DNA of 64,000 nucleotides from Deltaproteobacteria bacterium (GCA_030595125.1 JAUVDV010000021.1:5338-69337); one strand, 5' to 3'; shown: positions 35,503 through 45,643, numbered from the stretch's first letter. Notes: a model not told the origin generated them from the letters alone. Program-made: numbers and translations.

Positions 35503-37355
35503 TTTCTGCTGATCGCGTCCCTGGTACAGGCGGACAGGCATGCTCCGCATTTGATACAGCCTGTCGTGTCGATAGTGTGAGTCTGTTTCTTGTCGCCCGC
35601 GATCACGTCTTTTGGGCAGACCTTGACGCAGGCGTGACAGCCGTCGCACAGCTCGGGATCGATGGAGTAGGTTATGAGCTCCACGCAGATGCCGCCCGGG
35701 CAACGGCGCTCCACGATGTGCGCCTCGTACTCGTCCCGAAAGTGGAGAATTGTGCTCAGAACCGGATTCGCGGCGGATCCGCCGAGGGCGCAAAGGGATG
35801 AGGTGGACATCCACTCTCCCAGCTCCTCGAGGATCTCGATGTCCTTCATTTCACCCTTGCCTTGAGTGATGCGGTCGAGTGTATCGAGAGCTGTTTTCAA
35901 CCCTTCCCTGCAGGGCACGCACTTGCCGCAGGACTCCTCCTTGAGAAAGTGGATGAAGTACCTGGCCACGTCCACCATGCAGGTGTCCTCGTCCATGACG
36001 ATCATGCCGCCGGAGCCCATCATGGAGCCGACCTCGGTCAGCTTCTGAAAATCCACCTGGAGATCGAGCATGCTCTGGGGGATACAGCCGCCGGAGGGCC
36101 CGCCGGTTTGCACCGCCTTGAACTTCTTGCCTTTCGGGATTCCGCCGCCGATCTCGTAGACGATGTCGCGCACGGAGATGCCCATTGGCACCTCCACGAG
36201 GCCCGTGTTGTTAATCTTTCCCACCAGCGAGAAGATCTTTGTGCCCTTGCTCTGTTCCGTTCCCACCGAGGCGAACTTGTCCGCTCCGTTCTCGATGATC
36301 TCCGGGACGTTTGCCCAGGTTTCGACGTTGTTGAGCGTGGTGGGAAAATCGAACAGGCCGTGCTCCACCGTGTGAACATACTTTGCCCTCGGTTCGCCGG
36401 AACGACCTTCGAGGGAAGCCATCAGGGCGGTGGACTCGCCGCAGACAAAAGCTCCGCCGCCCCGACTGATCCTGATATCGAACGAGAAGTCCGATCCGAG
36501 AATATCATCGCCGAGGAGCCCCGCGTGGCGCGCTTCATCGAGGGCGTCGATCAGTCGCTCAACTGCCAGGGGGTATTCGTGGCGCACGTATACGATGCCC
36601 TCTTTCGAGCCGACAGCGCGCGCGCCGATGAGCATTCCCTCGATGACCGCGTGGGGGTTGCCCTCGAGGAGACTCCGGTCCATGAAGGCGCCGGGATCCC
36701 CCTCGTCGGCGTTGCAGATCACGAACTTGCGCTCGCCGAGCGCATCGAGGCACGACCGCCATTTCCGGCCTGTGAGGAACCCGCCTCCACCGCGTCCCCG
36801 GAGCCCCGATCGGGTAACCTCCTCGATAATCTCGTCGGGTTTCATCTTGAACAGGGCCTTCTCGATGGCCGCATATCCGCCAATCGAGAGGTAATCGGTG
36901 ATGTCCGTCGGATCAATGTACCCGTTGTGAGCGAAGACCAGACGATGCTGCCTGGCGTAAAATGGGATGTCTTGCTCGTGGGCGATTCGATCGCCGCTCA
37001 CAGGTTCCTTGTACAAAAGTTCATCGATGATCTCGCCTGCGGCCACGGTTCGTTCGATGATCTTCTTGACGTTGCGGATCTTGACCTTTGGGTAGAACAC
37101 ATTGCTCGGCCTTACCACCACGATGGGGCCCTGCTCGCAAAAACCATGGCAGCCTGTCACCACAAGCTTGAACTCCGAAGCGAGGCCCTGGGCTTTTAGC
37201 TCCTCGCGCACCTTGTCGGCGACCTCCTTGCATCCTGCGGCCTGGCAACCGGTTCCGCCGCAGACGGTCACACTCTTGCGCATGGATGGATGGGTGACGG
37301 ACACTTTTTCCCTGATCTCCACGAGGGCTTTCGCGGTGGGGATCCTCTCGATCAT
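35499..37355 (-). CDS. NuoF-like NADH-binding FMN/[4Fe-4S] flavoprotein with N-terminal thioredoxin-like [2Fe-2S] and C-terminal 2x[4Fe-4S] domains (HndC/HydB-type)
   Basis: GRGGGGF NADH/FMN motifs, SLCALG-type cluster, N-terminal CGGTGCQAAGC, C-terminal CDGCHACVKVCP...CIKCGACLSAC. Confidence 0.85.
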   Translation of the reverse strand: MIERIPTAKALVEIREKVSVTHPSMRKSVTVCGGTGCQAAGCKEVADKVREELKAQGLASEFKLVVTGCHGFCEQGPIVVVRPSNVFYPKVKIRNVKKIIERTVAAGEIIDELLYKEPVSGDRIAHEQDIPFYARQHRLVFAHNGYIDPTDITDYLSIGGYAAIEKALFKMKPDEIIEEVTRSGLRGRGGGGFLTGRKWRSCLDALGERKFVICNADEGDPGAFMDRSLLEGNPHAVIEGMLIGARAVGSKEGIVYVRHEYPLAVERLIDALDEARHAGLLGDDILGSDFSFDIRISRGGGAFVCGESTALMASLEGRSGEPRAKYVHTVEHGLFDFPTTLNNVETWANVPEIIENGADKFASVGTEQSKGTKIFSLVGKINNTGLVEVPMGISVRDIVYEIGGGIPKGKKFKAVQTGGPSGGCIPQSMLDLQVDFQKLTEVGSMMGSGGMIVMDEDTCMVDVARYFIHFLKEESCGKCVPCREGLKTALDTLDRITQGKGEMKDIEILEELGEWMSTSSLCALGGSAANPVLSTILHFRDEYEAHIVERRCPGGICVELITYSIDPELCDGCHACVKVCPKDVIAGDKKQTHTIDTTGCIKCGACLSACTRDAISRK

Positions 37356-37903
37356 GACTGCCCCTCGTCTTTTGCGGACTGCTCGAGCTTATCCAGCAGC
37401 TTTTTCATCTTGTTGACGTTCATGTGACCGTGATGAATGTCGTTGACCTCCACCACCGGACCGATGGCGCAGGCTCCCACGCAGCCGACGCTCTGGAAGG
37501 TGAACTCACCGTCCACCGTGGTGTCCCCGGGTTCTATGTCCAGCTCGCGTTTGACAGTTTCGAGGATGAGCGGAGCCTGACGAACATGGCAGGCGGTTCC
37601 CATGCAAACGCGAACCAGATTGCGTCCGCGGGGCACGAGGCTCAACACGTTGTAGAAGGTGGCCACCGAGTAGACCTGTGCGGCGGGGATCTGAAGCCGG
37701 GCGGAGACCTCTTTCAGCGCGTCCGTCGGCAGGTAACCGAACTCGGTCTGTACGTCCTGGAGAATCATGACCAGGCTGGTTCGGTCGACAGGGTATCTCG
37801 AGAAAATCCGTTCGAGCATCTGGTATTCCTTGCTCTTTGAATGCCAGCCGTATGTAGGGTCGTATATCAGATCGGACGCACGCTTGTCGTGATCATTTGA
37901 CAC
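37352..37903 (-). CDS. NuoE-like (24-kDa, HndA-type) thioredoxin-like [2Fe-2S] ferredoxin
   Basis: CMGTACH...CVGACAIGPVVEV four-Cys motif; ATGA overlap with the nuoF-like start. Confidence 0.8.
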   Translation of the reverse strand: MSNDHDKRASDLIYDPTYGWHSKSKEYQMLERIFSRYPVDRTSLVMILQDVQTEFGYLPTDALKEVSARLQIPAAQVYSVATFYNVLSLVPRGRNLVRVCMGTACHVRQAPLILETVKRELDIEPGDTTVDGEFTFQSVGCVGACAIGPVVEVNDIHHGHMNVNKMKKLLDKLEQSAKDEGQS

Positions 37904-38057
37904 AGGGGAAAAACATATCTGCTCGGTGATAATTGTATAAAACTTTGTGACTCTGTATCATTATTTACGCGTCCAATAGACAACTAATGTCCAGTGCTCA
38001 ATTTGTGTTGGGAAATGGGTCGAGTCGCTTCCCGAATGGGAGCTCAAGGAGAAAATC

Positions 38058-40478
38058 ATGTATCTGCGTGTTTTTATTCCGGTATTTCTGGGGATTATCG
38101 TCGGATGGATGGGGTGTTCGGACGGTGGTGGAGGGTTCGATTTCGACCTGGATGGCGGCGGTGATACAGACACCGACGGAGATACCGACGGAGATACCGA
38201 CGGCGACACCGACGGCGACACCGACGGTGATACCGACACGGACACCGACACGGACACCGACACGGACACGGATACCGACACGGATACCGACACAGATACC
38301 GACACGGATACCGGCACAGATACCGGCACGGACACGGGCACCAGCACCGGATTCGACCCCACGGCTGATACAGACGGAGACGGAATCTCGGATGTGGACG
38401 AGGGGATAGCGGTGTTGCTCGACACAGACTCCGACGGAACTCCGGACTACCTGGACACGGACTCGGACGGTGACGGCATCCTGGACGTCGACGAGGCGGG
38501 CGACGGAGATGTGAGCACGGCGCCACTCGACAGCGATTCGGACGGCACGCCTGATTTCCAGGACACGGACTCGGACGGTGATGGCATCCTGGATTCCGTC
38601 GAGGGCAGCGGCGATAGCGATTCGGACGGAACTCCGGATTACCTGGACCTGGACTCGGACGGTGACGGCATCCTGGATTCGGTGGAGACCGATGGCGACG
38701 CTGACAGTGACGGCACGCCGAACTACCTGGACGACGATTCGGACGGAGACGGTATTCCGGATTCGGTGGAGACCGACGCCGATGCGGATTCGGACGGTAC
38801 GGCCAATTACCTGGATCTGGATTCGGATGGCGACGGTCTGTGGGACATTGTTGAGGCGGGTTCGAATCCGCTCATCCCGCAGGATACGGACGGCGACGGC
38901 ACGGCCAATTACCTGGACACGGATTCGGACGGAGACGGGTTGTCGGACAGCCTGGAGGTGATGTACGGCCTGAATCATCTGTCGATAGACACGGACGGAG
39001 ATACCATCTCCGACACGTACGATGGTTTCATGGACACTGACAGCGACGGCACAATCGACGGCCTGGACATGGACACTGACGGCGACGGGATCCCCGATTC
39101 GGTCGAGGCGGGGGACTCGATCCTCTCGACCCCGCCGGTTGATTCGGATGGTGACGGCCTGCCGGACTTCCAGGATCTGGACTCGGACGGGGATCTCCTG
39201 CCTGACGCGGCCGAGCTTGCTGCGGGCACGGATCCCACCGACCCCGACACGGACGGCGACGGCGCCAGCGATTTTGTGGAGGTGGCCGCCGGGACGGATC
39301 CCCTGGACGACGCCGACAATCCTGCCGCCAGCGGGGACTTCGTGTTCATAATGCCATACAACGGCACCGCAACCCCGGCGTACGACACGCTGGACTTCTC
39401 CTCAGATTTGCAAAAAGCGGATCTCTACTTCCTGGTGGATGTGTCCGGCTCCATGGTCAGCATCCTTGACAACATCAAGACCAACATGGCCACGGTCATC
39501 ACCGATGCCACCGCGACGATTCCGGACCTGCAGACCGGAATTGGATCCTTCCTTTACGCTGAATGCGCGAGCTACAAGGTCTACGATCATCGGCTGGACA
39601 TTCAGGCGAGCCCGGCAGTGGCGGCGTCAACCTTCCCCTCGTATAGCACGACCTACGAGTCATGCGGTGGATGCTGCTCCGAGCCACCCCGTTCCGCAAT
39701 GTACTGCGCGGCGACCGGGTTCGGCACCAGTGAGGCCGCTTCGGCGGGAGTTTCAGTTCCATCTGGAATTCCCAACGAAGTGAGTTGCGCCAACGAGCCG
39801 GGAGCGTGCGGGACAGGATACCTTGGCTATCCATGCTTCCGTCCCGGCGCGCGTCCCATCATTGCGGTTGTGACTGACGAGGGCTTCACCCAGTACACCG
39901 GAACCACCCAGGCGGCCACTATCGCCGCCCTCAATGCCATTGGAGCCAAGACCCTGGGGCTCTACGGCGTGGGTTCCTGGGGATATGCCGGGCGCGACGC
40001 CATGGAGATCTTCATGCTGGCTCAGGGGTCGGTGGACTCCTTCGGCAACCCACTGGTTTTTGATGCAACGTCTTCAGCTTCTTCGGTCATTGTAAACGCC
40101 ATCGAGGCGCTCGCCGAGGTCCCGATGGATCTCTGGGCTTACGGGACCGACAATTACGACGGGATAGATAGCTACGGTCTGAACGACACGGTGGACACGG
40201 TCTCCGAGTTCATCGACTACCTGGAGACCACCGATACCGGTGTTATCTGCACTACCTGGCCCACGTACGATGATGACGGCGACAGTCACGATGACACGCA
40301 CCTGCAGGTGGATCCGGGCAACAGGGTCTGCTGGGACATCCACGTCAAGGACAACGTGACGGTTCCCGCAACCACGTACCCGCAGATCTTTACCGCAACC
40401 ATCCATGTGTGGGGAGACGGCGTCACCGAGGTGGACACGCGCACGGTCTTCTTCCTGGTGCCCCCGACTATCGGGTAG
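38058..40478 (+). CDS. secreted lipoprotein: (TD/GD)n linker, ~20 thrombospondin-type-3 calcium-binding repeats, C-terminal vWA-like domain
   Basis: VGWMGCSDGG lipobox; DTDSDGDGILDSVE-type TSP3 repeats; vWA MIDAS start YFLVDVSGSM. Confidence 0.7.
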   Translation: MYLRVFIPVFLGIIVGWMGCSDGGGGFDFDLDGGGDTDTDGDTDGDTDGDTDGDTDGDTDTDTDTDTDTDTDTDTDTDTDTDTDTGTDTGTDTGTSTGFDPTADTDGDGISDVDEGIAVLLDTDSDGTPDYLDTDSDGDGILDVDEAGDGDVSTAPLDSDSDGTPDFQDTDSDGDGILDSVEGSGDSDSDGTPDYLDLDSDGDGILDSVETDGDADSDGTPNYLDDDSDGDGIPDSVETDADADSDGTANYLDLDSDGDGLWDIVEAGSNPLIPQDTDGDGTANYLDTDSDGDGLSDSLEVMYGLNHLSIDTDGDTISDTYDGFMDTDSDGTIDGLDMDTDGDGIPDSVEAGDSILSTPPVDSDGDGLPDFQDLDSDGDLLPDAAELAAGTDPTDPDTDGDGASDFVEVAAGTDPLDDADNPAASGDFVFIMPYNGTATPAYDTLDFSSDLQKADLYFLVDVSGSMVSILDNIKTNMATVITDATATIPDLQTGIGSFLYAECASYKVYDHRLDIQASPAVAASTFPSYSTTYESCGGCCSEPPRSAMYCAATGFGTSEAASAGVSVPSGIPNEVSCANEPGACGTGYLGYPCFRPGARPIIAVVTDEGFTQYTGTTQAATIAALNAIGAKTLGLYGVGSWGYAGRDAMEIFMLAQGSVDSFGNPLVFDATSSASSVIVNAIEALAEVPMDLWAYGTDNYDGIDSYGLNDTVDTVSEFIDYLETTDTGVICTTWPTYDDDGDSHDDTHLQVDPGNRVCWDIHVKDNVTVPATTYPQIFTATIHVWGDGVTEVDTRTVFFLVPPTIG

Positions 40479-40691
40479 AGGATCCCGCACGCTTCAGTCG
40501 ATAGATGCCCCAGATAACGAGGATTCCCCCCGGAATAGCCAGGAACACTCCGTTATTGGTTCCGATGAGCGCGAGCTTCCCGGACAGGCCGCCCACGATG
40601 AACACCAGGCCGATGATGATGTTGAGGATGCCGCCGATCTTCATGTTCTCAAGCTATAGGATTTTGGACGGGGCTACAATATGAGGCGGTT

Positions 40692-42341
40692 CTATTCCAG
40701 GTACCCCAGCGCCCGCAGGGCCTCCACCTCGTCTTCGTTGAGTTTTGCCCTGATGGGAGAGGGGGCGTCTTTCGCCGTTCTGGAGGCGCGTTCGGTTTTA
40801 ATTATTCTGCTGAGCATGGTCTCGACGACGGCGAATCTGTTGGGACTTTTTCCCTTCGCGAAGGTGTGACTGATCAGGTTTTTGGCCTCCAGGGGGTCCT
40901 TTTTTATGTTGTACAGCTCTTTCTTTTTTGTGCGCTCATCTCGAATGAGCTTGAAGTCGCCGTGCCGCACGGAGACGCGATTGGACTTGGCCTGGGGGCG
41001 GTAGGTCTCCGACACCGCCGGGCGCATGCCGATGTCCCCCAACGGCCACAGATTTTTGCCCCGGATGTCGGGGGGCGACCCAAAACCGAAAAAGTGGCCT
41101 ATGGTCGGAAGTAGATCGATGTGCCTCACGGGTTCCGAGATCCGCCTGCCGGCATTTGTTTTATTCGGGAGGGCAATGATCAAGGGAACGTGGACGAGGC
41201 TTTCGTAGAGACGCTGGACGTGCTCGAAAACACCGTTGCGTTCGCCGAGTTCCTCTCCGTGATCCGATGTGAGCACGACCATGGTGTTGTTCCACAGGCC
41301 CAGAGTGGTCATACGCTCGAAAAGCGCGCCGATCTGCTCGTCCACGTAGGCGGTTTCTTCCGCGTAGCCCTGTCGTTTTTGCTCCACGGAAAGCATGAAG
41401 TGACTCTTGACGCGGATGGTGTGGGTTGCGGGTTTTTGCCCGTTGGTAACTATAATGGCAGCGCTTGAACGGGCCTCGAGAATCCTGCCGTCACCAGGTT
41501 TCTTTGCCTCGCGTCCCCATTCGTCGCTGAATTTTAGCGAGAGGCTCTTTGGGAACTTCCAGCGGGACAAGTGTATCCTGTGATCTCCCTTCGACGTGAA
41601 CACCACCGTGTTTTCGCCGGGGCGAAGAGCGAGCTCGATGTGGTGGTATCTGCCGTCGATGAGAATCGGTTTGATCGGATTTTCGTTGAGGGTGATCTCC
41701 GCGTTCTGGTACCAGCTCGGCGGAACGTACGGGCCATGGGGATCGGAGTAGTGAGCGAGGAGGAAGAACGGCCTGGATGAATTGTCGTCGAGCCACGGGA
41801 GCATCTCCGCGTTCATCTCACCGGCGGTCTTCCACCAGTAATGGGGAAACTCCTCGTGTATCGTGTCGAAACCCTGGAGAACCTTGTACTTGCTCTTCAA
41901 TGCTTCGAGGCTGATGAACGCGGTGGTTGCGCAGGAGCGACCTTTGAGGATCTCCGCCAGGGTATCGTATTTCTGTCGCAGTACGTCGGCGTTGTTGTGC
42001 ACCCCGTGTTGCGACGGCAGCATTGATGTGAACATGGATGCGTGGCTCGGTCCCGTGATGGGTGCGTGGGCGTACGCCTGTTCGAACAGAACACCCCGCT
42101 TCGCGAGGGCCTCCATGTTGGGGGTCGCGGTGGGTCCGCCGTGAAGCGCGATCTGGTCCGCGCGCAGGGTGTCGACGACAATGAGGAGGAGGTTTGCGGG
42201 GCCGTTCTTGGGAGGAAGGTGGTTTTCACCGCCACCGCATGACGCAAGGGCCGAAGCGGTCAGCATTACCATGGCCGTAAGCAGCTTTGCACCGACATGT
42301 GTGCGAGCGGGACAAGAGCGTTCGTTCCGGGTAGTCATCAT
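40692..42341 (-). CDS. sulfatase-family (AP superfamily) lipoprotein, Thr-nucleophile variant
   Basis: LLLIVVDTLRADQ...HAPITGPSHASMFTS: Thr at the fGly position and His for Arg; lipobox LASC. Confidence 0.7.
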   Translation of the reverse strand: MMTTRNERSCPARTHVGAKLLTAMVMLTASALASCGGGENHLPPKNGPANLLLIVVDTLRADQIALHGGPTATPNMEALAKRGVLFEQAYAHAPITGPSHASMFTSMLPSQHGVHNNADVLRQKYDTLAEILKGRSCATTAFISLEALKSKYKVLQGFDTIHEEFPHYWWKTAGEMNAEMLPWLDDNSSRPFFLLAHYSDPHGPYVPPSWYQNAEITLNENPIKPILIDGRYHHIELALRPGENTVVFTSKGDHRIHLSRWKFPKSLSLKFSDEWGREAKKPGDGRILEARSSAAIIVTNGQKPATHTIRVKSHFMLSVEQKRQGYAEETAYVDEQIGALFERMTTLGLWNNTMVVLTSDHGEELGERNGVFEHVQRLYESLVHVPLIIALPNKTNAGRRISEPVRHIDLLPTIGHFFGFGSPPDIRGKNLWPLGDIGMRPAVSETYRPQAKSNRVSVRHGDFKLIRDERTKKKELYNIKKDPLEAKNLISHTFAKGKSPNRFAVVETMLSRIIKTERASRTAKDAPSPIRAKLNEDEVEALRALGYLE

Positions 42342-42402
42342 TGAAGTAGGTGTATCTTACCGCCGCTTCGGATTCCACTTCTTTGGAGGGGCCGGCGTTT
42401 TA

Positions 42403-43479
42403 CTAGATCTCGGTGAAGGTGACGCTGAGGGCATTCACGGTGTTTGCCGCGGCCTCGCTTACCACCAGGTAGGCGTAGGAATCCGAGCTGCTAGTTCCGA
42501 GGATCTGCAGCAATTCGGGATTCTCGGCCGATTGTACGCAGGAATTGGCATTGCAGGAATCGACCTCTCGCAGGGTCACGTTGGAGGAAGTGGTCTCGGC
42601 CACACCGACTGATAATCCGGCCGGAATGCGCACCAAGAACCAGATGTCCTCGCCGCCGCCGCCATCGCCGCAGTTGGTCCCTCCCGAGAACGTTCCCGTG
42701 AAGTCGGTCCAGAGACCGCTCCATGTGAGTGGATACGTGCCCACGTAGATGATCTGCTCACATCCCTCGGACAGACAATACATGTAGTTGCTTGACGAGA
42801 CGTATCCGCAGGTGCCGCTGCAACTGAGAACTGACAGCGAACTCGTGGTGCTGTTGCACCAGATCGTCTGGCTCAGATCCTGGGTGCAGCAGCCGTAGTA
42901 CCAGGGGTTGGGAGAGATGGGCGAGAACGCCCAGGCCGCAGCGTCGCAGGCGGATGGGGGCGGTTCGGGACAGCACACGACCTCGGTCTCCACCAATGCA
43001 GTCATTTCACACTGTGACAGCGTCGTATCCGTATCTGTATCTGTATCGGTGTCCGTGCCTGTGTCCGTGCCTGTGTCCGTGTCGGTGTCTGTGTCGGTGC
43101 CTGTGTCGGTGCCTGTATCGGTTCCGGTGTCTGTTCCGGTGTCCGTGCCGGTATCTGTGCCTGTATCCGTGCCGGTGTCCGTGCCGGTATCCGTGCCGGT
43201 GTCTGTTCCGGTATCCGTGCCGGTGTCCGTGCCGGTATCCGTGCCGGTATTTGTGCCCGTGTCGGTATCGGTGTCCGTGTCGGTATCTGTATCGGTGTCC
43301 GCGTCGGTATCCGTATCGGTGTCCGTATCGGTGTCCGCGTCGGTGTCCGTGTCGCCGTCCGTATCGGTGTCTGTGTCGGTTGCTCCTGCATCCATTTTGA
43401 ACGACGGGAGCTCCCCACTACATCCGATCACCAGGAGCCAGACAAAGAAGATGGTGAAAATACGAAAAAAAGCTTTCAT
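42403..43479 (-). CDS. lipoprotein with ~130-aa (TD/TG)n linker and Cys-rich C-terminal domain
   Basis: FFVWLLVIGCSG lipobox; long TDTDTD/TGTDTG run; CCPEPPPSAC...YYGCC. Confidence 0.55.
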   Translation of the reverse strand: MKAFFRIFTIFFVWLLVIGCSGELPSFKMDAGATDTDTDTDGDTDTDADTDTDTDTDTDADTDTDTDTDTDTDTGTNTGTDTGTDTGTDTGTDTGTDTGTDTGTDTGTDTGTDTGTDTGTDTGTDTGTDTDTDTDTGTDTGTDTDTDTDTDTTLSQCEMTALVETEVVCCPEPPPSACDAAAWAFSPISPNPWYYGCCTQDLSQTIWCNSTTSSLSVLSCSGTCGYVSSSNYMYCLSEGCEQIIYVGTYPLTWSGLWTDFTGTFSGGTNCGDGGGGEDIWFLVRIPAGLSVGVAETTSSNVTLREVDSCNANSCVQSAENPELLQILGTSSSDSYAYLVVSEAAANTVNALSVTFTEI

Positions 43480-43637
43480 TGCACTCCTCCTGGCGCCGGC
43501 CTCACGCGAGGCTTATAGAAATTCCATTTCAATGATAACACAATATTTCAACGCCGTATCCACATAGCGAGCTGGAAATGGCAGGCCTCTCATGATATCC
43601 ATCGAGCAACAGCCCTACAAAACAGAAGAAGCGGTAA

Positions 43638-45026
43638 ATGGAAAAACGGGAACACGATTTGCTGGTAATCGGTGCGGGGCCTGGTGGTTATGTCGCCGCC
43701 ATTCGCGCCGCTCAACTCGGAATGGATGTGGCCTGCACGGAGAAATACGAGCGCCTCGGGGGAACGTGCCTCAATGTGGGGTGCATACCGTCAAAGGCGC
43801 TCCTCGAATCCAGTGAGCGGTATCAAGAAGCGACCGCGGGCATGGATGCTCACGGGGTGGTGATCGAGGGAGTTCGCCTCGATCTGGCCGCGATGATGAA
43901 GCGGAAGGAAACGATCATCGCCAACTTGACCAAGGGCGTGGCGTTCCTGTTCAAGAAAAACAAGGTGAGTCGCTATATCGGCAGGGCGCGACTGACCGCC
44001 GATCGCGCCGTGATCGTCGATGGAGAAACCCCCGTGGAGATCCGCGCCAGGAACATCATTATCGCGTCCGGAAGCATGGCGTCGACAATACCCGGGGTGG
44101 ATCTCGACGACGATCTCATCGGCACGAGCACCGAGGCGCTGTCCTATTCGAGCGTTCCCAAGCGGTTGGTGGTAATCGGTGCGGGAGTCATTGGGCTGGA
44201 GTTGGGTTCCGTATGGAATCGCCTCGGTTCGAATGTGACCGTAGTGGAGTACATGGATCGCGTGCTGCCCGAGATGGATGCGGAGATCTCCAGACACGCC
44301 CACCGATTGCTCAAGAGGCAGAAGATCAATTTCCTTCTGGGCGCGCGGGTCACCGGGGCAAAAACGAGTGGGGACGAATGTGTGGTGGATATCGAGGGTG
44401 CGGAGCCCCTGCGCGCCGACCGGGTACTGGTTGCGACGGGACGGTCGCCTCGCACGGAAGGTCTCGGGTTGGACGAGGCCGGAGTGAAGCTGACCGACAA
44501 TGGCCGTATAAAGGTGGACGGTGATTTCGCAACGAGCGTGCCGGGTGTTTTTGCGATAGGTGATGTCATCGGGGGAGCGATGCTGGCCCACAAGGCGTCC
44601 GTCGAGGGCGTCGCGTGCGTGGAGCTGCTTGCGGGAAGAAAAGGACATCTGGACTACGGTGTGATCCCTTCGGTGGTGTACACGCGGCCGGAGATCGCGT
44701 CGGTGGGAAGCACCGAGGGACGCCTGGAGGAGGAGAGGATCCCGTTCAAGAAGGGGGTTTTCTCGTTCAAGGGGAATGGCCGGGCCATGGCCCACGGCTT
44801 GAATGATGGTCTGGTAAAGGTGCTCGCTCACGGTGAAACCGGCGCGCTGCTGGGCGTACATGTTATCGGTCCATGGGCCGGAGAGTTGATCACCCAGGCT
44901 GCTGTGGCCATGTGCGGGGGAATGACGGCAGCGCAGCTGGCGGGTATCTGCACCGCTCACCCGACCCTGTCGGAGGCGATTAAAGAAGCCGCGCTTGACG
45001 TGGACGGCGAGGCTATTCACGCGTAG
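43638..45026 (+). CDS. lpdA: dihydrolipoyl dehydrogenase
   Basis: VIGAGPGGYVAAIRAAQLG, redox-active GGTCLNVGCIPSK, second Rossmann VIGAGVIGLE, C-terminal HAHPTLSE. Confidence 0.85.
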   Translation: MEKREHDLLVIGAGPGGYVAAIRAAQLGMDVACTEKYERLGGTCLNVGCIPSKALLESSERYQEATAGMDAHGVVIEGVRLDLAAMMKRKETIIANLTKGVAFLFKKNKVSRYIGRARLTADRAVIVDGETPVEIRARNIIIASGSMASTIPGVDLDDDLIGTSTEALSYSSVPKRLVVIGAGVIGLELGSVWNRLGSNVTVVEYMDRVLPEMDAEISRHAHRLLKRQKINFLLGARVTGAKTSGDECVVDIEGAEPLRADRVLVATGRSPRTEGLGLDEAGVKLTDNGRIKVDGDFATSVPGVFAIGDVIGGAMLAHKASVEGVACVELLAGRKGHLDYGVIPSVVYTRPEIASVGSTEGRLEEERIPFKKGVFSFKGNGRAMAHGLNDGLVKVLAHGETGALLGVHVIGPWAGELITQAAVAMCGGMTAAQLAGICTAHPTLSEAIKEAALDVDGEAIHA

Positions 45027-45056
45027 ACTGCCGGGGCGAAACAAAAGGAGTGAACG

Positions 45057-45251
45057 ATGAGCAATCTTGCAAAGGTTTCGATTGTGATGCTGGTGGGAGC
45101 CCTCTTTGCGATTTTTTTCGGGTGTATGTCGAGTGGAACCCGCGATGACATAGAGTGGGAGGATGCGGCCGTCGACAGCGGATCCGATATCGATACTGAT
45201 ACTGATACTGATACGGACACGGATGCCGATGCGGGACCGGATGCCGGGTGA
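45057..45251 (+). CDS. small lipoprotein with TD repeat (possibly N-terminal module of the adjacent same-frame ORF)
   Basis: Lipobox FFGC then DIDTDTDTDTDTDAD; ends at TGA, in frame with ORF 45264..45632. Confidence 0.3.
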   Translation: MSNLAKVSIVMLVGALFAIFFGCMSSGTRDDIEWEDAAVDSGSDIDTDTDTDTDTDADAGPDAG

Positions 45252-45263
45252 TATGGGGGCTAC

Positions 45264-45632
45264 GTGAACGATTTCCAGCCTATCGTACCCGGTATTGTGG
45301 AAAGCCCAGGAGACAGTTCAGCATCAGCGCAGCCCCCGTACAATCCCTGGAAGCGCCCGCGCCCCTACGTGGTGTTCGGTCTCGGAATGGGCGCCGCCTC
45401 TATGCTTTTTCTGTGCATATTGCCCCACGCAGTGATTGCGGGCTGGTTCGCGCTGGCGTTGGGGATCCCGGCCGTGCTGGTTGCAAAAGAGGAAATTCGG
45501 CGACATCCGGAGGCGCAGAGTGTGCCGTTCATTGTCTGGGGAAAGCGCACGGGCAAGGCGGGTATCATCATCGGGCCGGCGACCGCACTGATATGGATAC
45601 TGATCATCGCGGTGGCGGGCATTAATTTCTGA
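45264..45632 (+). CDS. small membrane protein (DUF4190-like)
   Basis: Two or three TM helices; no catalytic motif. Confidence 0.45.
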   Translation: MNDFQPIVPGIVESPGDSSASAQPPYNPWKRPRPYVVFGLGMGAASMLFLCILPHAVIAGWFALALGIPAVLVAKEEIRRHPEAQSVPFIVWGKRTGKAGIIIGPATALIWILIIAVAGINF

Positions 45633-45643
45633 GAGGTTTTTTT

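Noticed and set aside
35503-35814. Arg-rich 104-aa N-terminal extension of ORF 33793..35814
   Set aside because: Overlaps the nuoF-like CDS out of frame. The true start is the ATG at 35502 forming an ATGA overlap with the nuoF-like stop.
38160-38340. Possible CRISPR array suggested by many short tandem repeats (TD-coding tracts, 10063-10195 repeats)
   Set aside because: Repeat units are 6-18 bp with no unique spacers of 25-40 bp, and no cas genes are present. These are coding microsatellites or intergenic tandem repeats, not CRISPR.
38868-38884. tRNA T-arm-like gcgggttcgaatccgc
   Set aside because: Lies inside the TSP3-repeat CDS (encodes EAGSNPLIP) with no acceptor, D- or anticodon arms around it. 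No tRNA genes detected in the window.
45249-45251. Second in-frame TGA joining ORFs 45057..45251 and 45264..45632 (possible second selenoprotein)
   Set aside because: No redox-type U/C motif around the codon, no convincing stem-loop in the 40 nt downstream, and the downstream ORF has its own ATG. More likely two adjacent small genes, or a short TD-lipoprotein leader, that happen to share a frame.
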